A DNA stretch of 64,000 nucleotides from an uncultured Planctomycetota bacterium (GTDB taxonomy: Bacteria > Planctomycetota > PLA2 > JAEUHO01): contig CAVVXN010000005.1 in the NCBI GenBank assembly GCA_963752285.1, positions 1,344,001 through 1,408,000 on the forward strand, read 5' to 3'. Position numbers and translations under genes: made by a program. The notes under the pieces are model-generated. The model was not told where the DNA came from, ran no database searches, and saw nothing but the letters and a program-made list of their open reading frames with translations. The first letter of the stretch is position 1, and each line of letters starts with the position of its first letter. Shown here piece by piece: positions 45,068 through 58,300 of this stretch.

Positions 45068-45517
45068 TCAGGCGGTCCGCGGACGCGCGCGCACGCGGGC
45101 GAGCCCGCGCCAGAGCGCGCTCGACCCCGCGAGGAGCGCCATCCCGACGGCCGCGTACACGAAACCGACGGTCGGCCGCGGGAGGAGCCCCCCCCGCAGG
45201 AGCCGCCCGGTGACCATCATGACCCCGACCAGCAACCACGACCGCCACGACAGGAACCCGCCGAGACACCGCCCGTCCCCGCGCTCGAGGATGCGCTCGA
45301 GGTTCTTCTGCGCGGTCCGACGGAGCACGAAGAGTCCCTTCGCGAGTCCGACCGCGAGCGCGCCCGCGAGGATCCACGCGGCGCCGGGCGCGGCGGCGCC
45401 GAGCGCCCACGTGACGCCCAGGACGCCGAGGAGCGTCCCCACCGCCGTCCAGAGGGACGCGGCGACGAGGACGTGCACCCAGACGGGCGCCGCGGGCTTC
45501 CATCGCGCGAGCGACAT
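45068..45517 (-). CDS. Hypothetical membrane protein
   Basis: Four hydrophobic segments; CLGGFLSWRSWLLV. Confidence 0.7.
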   Translation of the reverse strand: MSLARWKPAAPVWVHVLVAASLWTAVGTLLGVLGVTWALGAAAPGAAWILAGALAVGLAKGLFVLRRTAQKNLERILERGDGRCLGGFLSWRSWLLVGVMMVTGRLLRGGLLPRPTVGFVYAAVGMALLAGSSALWRGLARVRARPRTA

Positions 45518-45588
45518 GCCGACACGGTAGCCCGCTCGCCGGCCGGCGCCAGGGACGGGCCGGGCACGTGACGGGTCTCGGAGGATCG

Positions 45589-46266
45589 TCAGGCGGGCGC
45601 CCGCTCGTAGACGTGGACGTGGGCGTCGGCGGCCCCGGCGTGCGCCACGAGGAGCTGGGCGAGCGCCTCGCCGCGACGACGCACGTCCTCGCCGTCCCAC
45701 ACGACGCGCGTCGCGTAGAGGAAGGCCACGACGGCGGTGGTCCGCACGTCCACCTTCGTCTCCATCGCGTCCTTCACCGGGTTCGCGAAGAGCGCGCCGC
45801 CGGGGCGCGCCACGCCGAGGAGTCCCTCGACGTCGATCACGTGTCCCGCGGCGTTGAACACGTACGCCTCGCCCGGATGGCCCTCGCGCACCTCGAGCGC
45901 GTCGCCTCCGCCGAGCGCGCGCTCCCGATCGACGATCGAGACCGGGATCCCCGAGGCGAGCGAGACGAGGTTCGCGGCGTCCACCACGCCGTTCACGCGG
46001 GGGAAGACGTCCCCCATCGCGGCCCCGGCGAGGTACTCGCTCGCGGGCTTGGAGCGGCCGGTGGGCTTGAAGCCCCCGTGGCGGAGGAGGTCGCGGACCG
46101 CGCGTCGCCGACTCTCGCCCGGGGGTTCCTCCTTCGCGGCCCGCGCCGCCTCGAGGACCGCGCGGTCGAGGGCCGCGGGCGCGTCCTCCACGCGGACCCG
46201 GAAGGCCTCGACGAGGCCGAGCCGAAGGTCGGGGTTCGTCGTCAGGAGGCGGACGCCGAGGGACAC
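45589..46266 (-). CDS. B3/B4 domain protein (PheRS beta editing-like)
   Basis: VRDLLRHGGFKPTGRSKPASEYL, VNGVVDAANLVSL. Confidence 0.8.
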   Translation of the reverse strand: MSLGVRLLTTNPDLRLGLVEAFRVRVEDAPAALDRAVLEAARAAKEEPPGESRRRAVRDLLRHGGFKPTGRSKPASEYLAGAAMGDVFPRVNGVVDAANLVSLASGIPVSIVDRERALGGGDALEVREGHPGEAYVFNAAGHVIDVEGLLGVARPGGALFANPVKDAMETKVDVRTTAVVAFLYATRVVWDGEDVRRRGEALAQLLVAHAGAADAHVHVYERAPA

Positions 46267-46303
46267 GGGTGGCCGCCGGGGTCCTCGACGCGCGGCGGCG
46301 GCG

Positions 46304-47563
46304 TCAGCGACCGCCCGCGTTGAGGCCGCCGCCGGCGCGGTTCCGGAGGCGCTCGAGGAGGCGCTTCTCGGCCTCGGTCAGCCGCCGGCCGGAGTCGCCG
46401 CGCCGCTCGAGCTCGTTCAGGCCCTCGCGCTCCGGGTTCGCCGTGATCTCGGTCGGCGGCTCGAGCGCTCGGCTGAAGAGGGCGTCCTCGAACGGGTCGT
46501 GCGGGAACACCACGAGGTGGAGCAGCCGCCCGTCGAGGCCCACCGCGCGGCCGCGCGTCCCGTCGCTCGTCCTGAGCAGCAGGGCCTCCCCGAGCTCGCC
46601 CTCGTCGAGGTCGTCGGACCGGTACCGCGCGAGCATCAGGCGCTCGAGGAGCCGCTGCGCCTGCTCCCCGACCGTCGCGAGCGTGGCGTCGGGGTCGTCC
46701 TGGCCGGGGATGGGGATACCGGCCTTCTTGGCACGCAGCTCGATGGCCGCGGCCGCGAACGCATGCCCCTTGAGCATCGGCTCGAACCAGGCGCGGAGCA
46801 GCGCGTTGTCGCCGAAGATGACGAGCGACTGGACGCGCCCGCGCACCGCGGAAACGCCCCCCACCACCTGCTGCTGGGGCTCCTTCGGCTCGGGGAAGGA
46901 AGCGAGCGTCCGCTGGCAGATCACGCAGTACTGCGCGAGGAGATCGGACTGGTTGATCGACACGAGCGACTTGCGCTCGTCCCCGGTGTTGCGGAACTCC
47001 AGGAAGTGCGTGACGAAGATCGGGACGAGGTTCGACGGCGCGCCGAAGAGCGCGTCCTCCTGGAGGTAGGGCGGCGCGAGGACGTTCGAGACCACGAACG
47101 GGGTGGGGAGCTTGCGGATGTCGTCGGTCGAGGCCGCCGGCAGGGTCCGGACCTCGATGGTCTGTCCGGGGGGGAGCACCACGTCGCGCGGGACGAGACG
47201 GTCGCGCTCGCCGCCCTCGACGACGGTGCCGCCGAGGAGCAGGGTGGGCTCGGCCTCCCCGTTCATCACCTCGAGGTCGTAGCGGTGCCGGGGGAACTCG
47301 GGCTCGCGGAAGGAGAGGTGCTTCGTGCGGGTGTCCGCCTTCACCGCGAGCGGTGCCGGCGCGGCGTTCGACACGAGCGGGAAGATCGTCACCTGGTTCG
47401 CCTGGATGCCGCCGCCGAGGTGGATCGACTGGAGCATGCGCTGGGCGAAGTTGAGCCCGTCGTCGGCCTTCGCGCCCCCGTCGCCCGCCCGCGCGGTCGT
47501 GACGCCCGGGGCGAGGAAGAGCAGAAGGGAGAGCAGGGCGAGGCGGGCCGGCGTGCGCGACAT
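46304..47563 (-). CDS. Secreted DUF6569/ARPP-1-like protein (divergent)
   Basis: Signal peptide; VTIFPL...LEVMNGEAEPTLLLGGTVVEGGERDRLVPRDVVLPP; GGAGG RBS. Confidence 0.55.
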   Translation of the reverse strand: MSRTPARLALLSLLLFLAPGVTTARAGDGGAKADDGLNFAQRMLQSIHLGGGIQANQVTIFPLVSNAAPAPLAVKADTRTKHLSFREPEFPRHRYDLEVMNGEAEPTLLLGGTVVEGGERDRLVPRDVVLPPGQTIEVRTLPAASTDDIRKLPTPFVVSNVLAPPYLQEDALFGAPSNLVPIFVTHFLEFRNTGDERKSLVSINQSDLLAQYCVICQRTLASFPEPKEPQQQVVGGVSAVRGRVQSLVIFGDNALLRAWFEPMLKGHAFAAAAIELRAKKAGIPIPGQDDPDATLATVGEQAQRLLERLMLARYRSDDLDEGELGEALLLRTSDGTRGRAVGLDGRLLHLVVFPHDPFEDALFSRALEPPTEITANPEREGLNELERRGDSGRRLTEAEKRLLERLRNRAGGGLNAGGR

Positions 47564-47660
47564 GGGACGTCCTCCGCTCGTCATGGTGGCACGCGGGGGA
47601 GGAGGGAGCAATCGAGCGGACCCCGCGGTCCGCCGCCCGCCGCGCCGTAGACTGAGCCCG

Positions 47661-48404
47661 ATGGCGGGAACGGACCACGTCGAGAGCGAGCCCGTCGGCC
47701 CCGTCGTCGCTCTGCTCTCGGGCGGCATGGATTCCGCGGTCGCCGCGGCCGTGGCCCTCGCCGAGGGCCACGTGCTCCACGCGCTCTCGGTGGACTACGG
47801 GCAACGACACGCGGCGGAGCTCGAAGCCGCGCGTCGCGTGGCCGAGCGTCTCGGAGCCGCGTCGCACCGCGTGGTCCGGGTGGACCTCGGCCGCTTCGGC
47901 GGGAGCGCGCTCACCTCCCCGGTGCCCGTCCCGAAGGACCGCGCCGAGGCCGAGATCGGGAACGGGATCCCGGTCACGTACGTCCCGGCCCGCAACACCG
48001 TCCTCCTCGCGCTCGCGCTCGCGGCCGCCGAGGCGAGCGACGCGACCGCGATCGTCGTGGGCGTGAATGCGGTGGACTACAGCGGCTACCCGGACTGCCG
48101 CCCGGACTACCTCGACGCGTTCCGCGAGGTGGCCCGCCTCGGAACCCGCCGGGGCGTCGAGGGACGCCCCGTCGAGATCCGCGCGCCGCTCCTCTCGTGG
48201 TCGAAGGCCGAGATCGTGCGACACGGCACCGAGCTCGGCGTGCCCTTCGCCGAGACGCTCTCGTGCTACGACCCGGTCGCCGGCGCCGAGGGACAGGAGG
48301 GCTGGCTCCACTGCGGCCGATGCGACGCGTGTCGGCTCCGGGCCCGGGGCTTCGCGGAGGCGGGCGTCCCCGACCCCACGGCGTACCAGGCGAGGCCCGC
48401 CTGA
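47661..48404 (+). CDS. queC: 7-cyano-7-deazaguanine synthase
   Basis: SGGMDS, DYGQRH, TYVPARN, DYSGYPDCRP, SCY...CGRCDAC. Confidence 0.95.
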   Translation: MAGTDHVESEPVGPVVALLSGGMDSAVAAAVALAEGHVLHALSVDYGQRHAAELEAARRVAERLGAASHRVVRVDLGRFGGSALTSPVPVPKDRAEAEIGNGIPVTYVPARNTVLLALALAAAEASDATAIVVGVNAVDYSGYPDCRPDYLDAFREVARLGTRRGVEGRPVEIRAPLLSWSKAEIVRHGTELGVPFAETLSCYDPVAGAEGQEGWLHCGRCDACRLRARGFAEAGVPDPTAYQARPA

Positions 48405-48474
48405 GCGGACGCGCGGCGGGCCGCGTGACCGGACGCCCCGCCGAGACGATGGTGGCGAGGCCGAGCGCGTGGAC

Positions 48475-48503
48475 TTGGCAGAGGTACCCCTCTGCCGTAT
48501 GGA
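48475..48503 (+). promoter_or_regulatory. Possible promoter with palindromic spacer
   Basis: TTGGCA-N17-TATGGA overlapping the perfect inverted repeat GGCAGAGG-tacc-CCTCTGCC (48477-48496). Confidence 0.3.
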
Positions 48504-48530
48504 TGCCTTCGGTCGGCGGAGACTTCGAAG

Positions 48531-49673
48531 ATGCGCGTGATCATGACGGGGCAGGTCGGCATCGACAAGAAGACCTACCTCGAGGAGGTGGCGCGCCGCG
48601 GCGCGGCCGCCGGTCGGCCGATCGACCTCTTCCACGTCGGCGACCGCATGTACGCGGAGGCGACCGACTTGAGACCGGGACGCATCCTCGACCTGCCCCT
48701 CAGCCGGCTCCACGCCCTCCGGCGCAGCGTGTTCAAGGACATCATGAGCGAGTCCGCCGGCCGCGAGAACGTGATCGTGAACACGCACGCGACGTTCCGC
48801 TGGCGCCACGGGCTCTTTCGCGCCTTCGACTTCGACCAGATCGAGCAGTTCGAGCCGGACCTCCTCATCTGTCTCGTGGACAACGCCGAGTGCGTGCACC
48901 AGCGCCTCGTGTCGGAGCACGCGCTCGACGCGACGCTCAAGGACACGATGGTCTGGCGCGAGGAGGAGATCATGGCGACCGAGCTCCTGGCCCGGGCCGT
49001 CGGCTGCGACCACGCCTTCTACGTCCTCTCGCGGGGTCGTCACCAGAGCACGTCCGAGACCTGCCTGAAGCTCGTCACGGAGCCGGACACGCCCCGGGTC
49101 TACCCCTCCTTCCCCATGAGCCACGTCGTGGACATGCCCGACGTGCTCGCCGAGATCGACGCGTTTCGCGAGATCCTCGGGCGCCACTTCATCTCCTTCG
49201 ACCCCGGGGACGTGGACGAGAAGCTCCTGCTCGAGCGGGCGCTCGCGGCCATGAAGGAGGGCCACGACTTCATCGAGGGGCGCCTCGTCGGCGAGGACGG
49301 GTCCGTCACGACGTTCCCGGTGTCGGTGAAGCAGACCCTCGACTGCGCGCGCGACATCGACGGGCAGATCTACGCGCGCGACTTCATGCTGATCGACCAG
49401 TCCGACATGATCTGCTCGTACATCCCGGAGCTCGAGGGCGGCATGCCGGGGCTCAGCAGCGGCGTCGAGCGCGAGCTCCACCACGCCTTCGAGCACGGCA
49501 AGGAGGTCTACGTCGTCTGGAAACCGGTGCGCAACCCGAGCCCGTTCGTGACCGAGACCGCGACCCGGGTGTTCCGCTCCGTCGAGGAGGCCCTCGAGGA
49601 GTTCGAGCGGCGGGGCTTCTTGACCCGGTCCCCCCCGGCGTCGCGCGTCGGCGCCGAGGACCGGCCCGCCTGA
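48531..49673 (+). CDS. Archaeal-type adenylate kinase-like domain fused to nucleoside deoxyribosyltransferase/Rcl-like domain
   Basis: Variant P-loop TGQVGIDKK and VIVNTHA; C-domain VYPSFPM...RDFMLIDQSD...SSGVERELHHAFEHGKEV. Confidence 0.7.
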   Translation: MRVIMTGQVGIDKKTYLEEVARRGAAAGRPIDLFHVGDRMYAEATDLRPGRILDLPLSRLHALRRSVFKDIMSESAGRENVIVNTHATFRWRHGLFRAFDFDQIEQFEPDLLICLVDNAECVHQRLVSEHALDATLKDTMVWREEEIMATELLARAVGCDHAFYVLSRGRHQSTSETCLKLVTEPDTPRVYPSFPMSHVVDMPDVLAEIDAFREILGRHFISFDPGDVDEKLLLERALAAMKEGHDFIEGRLVGEDGSVTTFPVSVKQTLDCARDIDGQIYARDFMLIDQSDMICSYIPELEGGMPGLSSGVERELHHAFEHGKEVYVVWKPVRNPSPFVTETATRVFRSVEEALEEFERRGFLTRSPPASRVGAEDRPA

Positions 49674-51443
<1,770 letters not shown>

Positions 51444-51458
51444 GGGCGGCCGCGCCTC

Positions 51459-53106
<1,648 letters not shown>

Positions 53107-53117
<11 letters not shown>

Positions 53118-54057
53118 GGCGTACCTCCAGCGCTTCCGCGGCGAGGCCCGCGGCGCCGATCATCCCGGCGAGGTCCTTCGCGGCCGACGGCACCACGCAG
53201 AGTCGTCCGCGCTGGACCGGCAGCACGTCCTCGTCGAGGCGCCGCCGGAGCGCGCCCGCGAACGCGTCGAACGAGAGCGAGAGCCCGCCGCCGACGACGA
53301 CGTCCGCCACGTCGAGGATCTTCGCGACGTGCGCGAGGGCCGTCCCGAGCGCCGTGCCGGCGCGTTCGAACGCGCGGCGCGCCGCCTCGTCGCCGCGCGA
53401 CGCGCGCAGGGACGCCTCCTCGGCGTCCACCTTCTCGCCCGTGTCCACCCGGTACGAGATCGAGACCCCGGTGGCCGACGCGTACTGCTCGAGGCAGCCG
53501 CGGTTGCCGCAGCCGCACGGCCGCCCCCCGCGCTCGACGATCAGGTGACCGACCTCCATCGCGACGCCGTGGGCGCCGCGCCACGGCCGGCGGCGGAGGA
53601 CCGCGCCCCCCCCGACGCCCGTGCCGAGCCCGACGTAGAGCAGGTCGTCGGGACGCTTCGGGTGGAGCTGCCACTCGCCCCAGGCGGCGGCGAGCGCGTC
53701 GTTCTCGACGACCACCGGGAGGCCCACCTCCGCGGCCAGCGGTTTGGCGAGGTCCACGTCCTCGAGCCCGGGCAGGTTGGGCGAGCGCGCGAGCTTGCCC
53801 GTCGCCGGGTCGATGAAGCCGGGCACCGCCACGCCGACCGCCCGTGCGTCGGGCGCGCGGGAGAGCGCCGCGCGGATCGCGGCGGCGAGCACCGACACGA
53901 CCAGGTCGCGCGGTCGCTGCGACGGACCGCCCTCGAGCGTTCCCGAGAGATCCACCTTCTCGCGGTGCTCGAACACGACGCGCGTGCCCGCGACCACGCC
54001 CGCGCGCACGAACGTGCCGCCGACGTCGAGCCCGAGGACCGGCGCGGCGTCGTTCAC
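53107..54057 (-). CDS. ROK family sugar kinase (glucokinase-like)
   Basis: GLDVGGT, VEND, GTGVGGG, EVGH, CGCGNRGCLE. Confidence 0.9.
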
Positions 54058-54491
54058 GAGCTCCTCAGGCGTCGCACAGCCGCGGCGACGGTGCGGCCGT
54101 CCACGGCGGCGCCGACCGACCTCAGGTGCTTCATCGCGACCCCCGTGGCCTGTCCGTCGCTTCCCGCCGCGCGGACCTGCTCCACCACCGGCGCGAGCGC
54201 GTCCGCCGTGGCGTCCTCGTCGAGCGTGGCGGGCAGGAGCGTCGCGAGCGTCTCGTTCTCCCGCGCGAGGACGTCGCGTCGCGCGGCGTCGGTGGTCGCG
54301 GCCCGGGACTCCTCGTTCGACTTCACGAGCTTTCGAACGATCTGCTGGGACTCCTCGTCCGTCAGCTCCCGGCCCTCCCGCACGGCCGTGGCCTGGATTT
54401 CGCCGAGGGCGACCTTCAACACGTTCTTCACGAGCGGCTCGCCCGCCTTCATCGCCTCCAGCATGCGAGCGCGGATCACGTCACGCAGCAC
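54054..54491 (-). CDS. GatB/YqeY domain protein
   Basis: MLEAMKAGE...LGEI...IVRKLVK...LLP...VDGRTVAAAVR; GGAGG RBS. Confidence 0.8.
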   Translation of the reverse strand: MLRDVIRARMLEAMKAGEPLVKNVLKVALGEIQATAVREGRELTDEESQQIVRKLVKSNEESRAATTDAARRDVLARENETLATLLPATLDEDATADALAPVVEQVRAAGSDGQATGVAMKHLRSVGAAVDGRTVAAAVRRLRSS

Positions 54492-54704
54492 GAACCGCCT
54501 CCCGACCCCGCGAATCCCCGAACGGGCGGATCGTCGGGCCCGCACGATGCTATCGCCGCCACGGGCGGACGCCCGCGAGCGCCGTCCGCCGGCGGGGGCG
54601 GGGACCCGGCGACCGGACCTCGGTCTCGGCCGTCCCGGGAGAGCGCCGCGGGCGCGGTTGCGCTATGCTCCTTCCCGGAGGAGCCGGCGCGGGAGGCCGA
54701 TCTC

Positions 54705-55256
54705 TTGGTCAAGAAGGACACGCCGCTGCACCAGGTCCTCTTCCGCCTCGCCGCGCGGGCGCCGGCGCTGGACCGGGCCGCCGTGATGCAGCGTCTGTGC
54801 ACGGCCATCGCGAACAACCTCGGGGCCGTCGCGTGCTCGATCCACGGGGACGTGAGCGGCTGGCCCGTCGTCACGGCCGCTCCCGTGCGCGAGATCGAGC
54901 AGATGGACCCCCTCGACCGCGCCCGGAGGGAGACCATCGAGGCCCGGCTCGTGAAGGAGACCTTCGCGCGGGACGGCATGATCAGCGCGCTCGACCTCGA
55001 GGGCCGCCAGGAGGTCGAGGCCTTCTTCCAGCGCACGCTGGGCATCATCGACATCTTCGCCTTCCCCCTCCGCGAGGGGGGGGAGACCCGGGGCGTCCTC
55101 GTCGTCTACCTCTCGCTCGACTCCGACCCGCTCTCCGACGGCGACGTCCACGGCCTGCTCGCGTGTGGAGAGCTCGTCGGCATGGCGGGCACCGGGTATC
55201 CCGACGACCCCACGCCGGCCTCCGAGCCCGGGGAGGGCGGCGCGAGCCGGCCGTAG
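54705..55256 (+). CDS. Hypothetical GAF-like protein
   Basis: IFAFPLREGGETRGVLVVY GAF-type strand; TTG start with GGAGG RBS. Confidence 0.6.
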   Translation: MVKKDTPLHQVLFRLAARAPALDRAAVMQRLCTAIANNLGAVACSIHGDVSGWPVVTAAPVREIEQMDPLDRARRETIEARLVKETFARDGMISALDLEGRQEVEAFFQRTLGIIDIFAFPLREGGETRGVLVVYLSLDSDPLSDGDVHGLLACGELVGMAGTGYPDDPTPASEPGEGGASRP

Positions 55257-55347
55257 CGCGCACCCGCGCGCCCCGGCGCCCCCCCGGCCCGGAGCCCGGT
55301 CCCGGACGCGCGGCGCCGGACGCGCGCCCGTCCGTCCCGCTCGGCGC

Positions 55348-58300
55348 CTACCGGCCCGCGAAGAGGACGCCGTAGCGACGCTCGGGGAACGCATAGGACG
55401 TGGGCCCCCCCTCGGCGGCGGCGGCGCCGACCCGCACCCGGACGAGCTGCTGCTCGTTCTCGTCCGCGGCGGGCCCGAACGAGAAGTAGAGACGGGCGCC
55501 GGTCGAGTCGAAGCCCATCTCCGGCCCCGCGCGTCCCCGCTCGCCGGTGAGCGCGCGAAACGTCGGCTCGCCCCTAAGCTCGCCGGTCGCGGGGTCGAGG
55601 TCGATCCCCGTGACGATCGCGACCTTCTCGCGGTAGTACGCGACCGTGCCGCCGTCTCCGTAGACGAACGCCACCGCGCCGCCGCCCGGCGCGACCTCGA
55701 CGTAGACGACCGGCCGACTCGCGGCGCTCGACGCCGGGCCCAGGCCCGGGACCGTGAGGAGCGACACCGGTCCGCCGAGGTCGGCGTCGAAGACGGCGAC
55801 GTGTCCGTTCACGTGGCCCGCGTCGCCGTACGCCGTGTCGCGCACGGGACCCCCCGCCTCGTACGGCTCGTCGGCGTCCCCGACGGAGAGCGGCCCCTGT
55901 CGCTGCTCGTGGGTCACGAAGAACACCCGGCCCGTACCGGCGCCGAGCACCTGAAGCCCCGCGCCCGTCGCGCCACCGGGCGCGTGCTGGCCGTAGTACG
56001 CGGGCGAGGTCGCGTCGTACCGCGCGCTCCCGATCCCGACGTACGACCACGGCCCGTCGCCGTACCGTGGCAAGAACCCGCGGCGCCCCGGCATGCCGGC
56101 CACCCGGAACGCCCTTCCGTCCGGGTGCCCGCCGATCGAACGCGAGCCGTCGAGGCTCCGGACGGGGACGCCGAGCAGGGCGTGGTCCGACGGGTCCTCC
56201 TCCGAGAGCGCGCCCGCGTTCACGAGGTAGAGGAAGCAGCCGTTCGGGGAGACGAAGCCCCCGACCGGCTTCACGACGCCGCCCGCGGCGCTCCACGCCG
56301 CGGTCGGGCCGAGGACGGGGTGCGCGGCGTCGTGGACCGCGCCGGCCCCTTCGGACGCGCCGCCGTCCCGTGCGTCGAGGATCGACACGACCTGCCCGCG
56401 CCCCGGGTCGTACGCGTAGAGGGTGCCCACGTAGGACTTCGCGCGGTGACGGCCCGCGATCGCGTCGGGCTCGGTCGCCGCGGGCCCCGCCGCGGAGAAC
56501 CCGCCCCAGAAGAACAGCCCCCCGCCCTCGCGGGCGAACGCGAGCGCCCCGAAGCGCCAGACCGTGGGGCCGGAGAACACCGGCGCCGCGCCCGACTCCG
56601 AGCCGGTGACCTGCGCCTCGACGACACCCGACGACCACGATGCGCCGTCGGCGGCGCGAAGGAGGACCACGTCGTCGCGCGCGAGCGGCCCGGCGTCCGC
56701 CCCGCCGCCGTCGCCATCGAGGCGCGCGGCCCGGCTCACGACGAGCGCGAGGGAGAGCCCGTCGTCCGAGATCTCGAGCGACGGCGTCGGACCGCTCCGG
56801 GATCCCGCGTCGAGCCGGGGGAAGATTTCGGGACCGTCCCGGAGCGCGTACCCGCGCCCGCCCCCGCGCGGCACGCGTCGGGGCGTCCCGCTCGCCGGGT
56901 AGAGCGTGCCGTCCTGATCGACCCACGCGCGGTACCTGCGGACGTCGGGCCCCTCCGTTCCGCTCGGCGCGGGCGCGGCGAGGATCGCGATCGAGCGCCC
57001 GTCGGCGCTCACCCGGAACGGATGCGAGGCGAGCGAGGTCTCCGTCGCGTCGTAGCCGCCGCGGCCGACCATCGAGCGACCGGGGCGGTTCGGACCCTCC
57101 GTGAAGGGCTCGACGTAGCGCTCGAAGGGCGTCTGAAGCGCCCGGCCCGGCGCGTTCGTCCAGCCCTCGTACGCGTCCGGCTCGAGGAGCGCGCCCGCGC
57201 TCCCCGACGAGAGGATCTCGATCCTGTAGACGTGGTGCTCCTTCCACGACCACGAGGCCACGTCGCCGCCCGCCGCGAGGACGTAGGCGAAACGGTCGGT
57301 CAGCGCGAGGCTCGAAGCGAACGCGACGCGTCCCTCCGCGTCGCTCCCGTCGGACCCGACGTCCACGACGTGCCATTCCCGCCCGCCCCACGCGGCGGGC
57401 CGCTCCCCGGTGAGGGTGAAGAGCACGATCGGCGTGGTCTCGACGTTCTCCAGGCGGTCGTACGTCTGCGCGAGCTTCATCGCGGCGAAGCGCCCGTCGG
57501 GGCTCACCGCCATCTCCGGGAGGTTCACGAGGCTGTGCGTGCCCTCGGACGACCAGGGCTGGCTCCAGGAGTCGCCGAAGCGCACCCAGGTCGTCTTCTC
57601 GAACGCGATGGGCACGTCGATCCGCCCGTCCCGTCGGATCACGAACACGCCGAACCGCTCCGCCGCGTCGAACACGAAGAGGCGGCCGCCCGACGCGTAC
57701 GTGCCGGTCGCGGGGTCGTCCACGACGTCCGGGCTCGTGCACGCGGGCAGCTCGACGGCCGTCGCGTCGGGCTGGCACGCGCCGAGGGTGGACGTGGTGA
57801 CGGTCGCCCCGACGTACCCCGTGCCCACGTACGGGACGTACGCGTTCCGGTCGCCGTGCTGGAGCGGGCGCGCCGCGCGCGGGTCGAGGCCGGTGACGTC
57901 GTCCCACCACCCGTTCGGGTTCACGGAGACGCGCAGGCAGTCGATGCCGGAGAGGAGCGTCGCGAGGTCCACGCCCTCGCCCGCGGGGGCCGGCACCTCG
58001 TGGGTCGCGGCGAGGTCCTGCGCGTCCGACGGATCGCGGAGGACCGCGCCGCTCGAGAACGGCTCGAGAACGCGGATCGAGGTGGCGGCGTCGTCGAGCC
58101 CCAGCGTGTCGGCGCCCGTGGCCGAAGACGAGGTCGTGGACTCGGTCACGATCACGACGTCGGGTCCCACCTCGAAGAGGACGGTGGCGCCGGCCACCTG
58201 GCGCGCCGCGAGGGGCAACGCCTCGTCCCGGGCCGTGAAGCGGATCTCCTGCGGCTGCTGCGGCACGAGCGCGTCGGGATCGGTCGCGCGCCACAGCCCG

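Noticed and set aside
47661..48404. QueC as part of a QatABCD or Dpd defence system
   Set aside because: Canonical-length QueC with standard motifs; no qat, dpd or TatD partners in the window.
48477..48496. AGAGG…CCTCT hairpin beside queC resembling the preQ1-I riboswitch P1 stem
   Set aside because: The loop is only 4 nt, there is no A-rich 3' tail or pseudoknot, and it lies downstream of queC.
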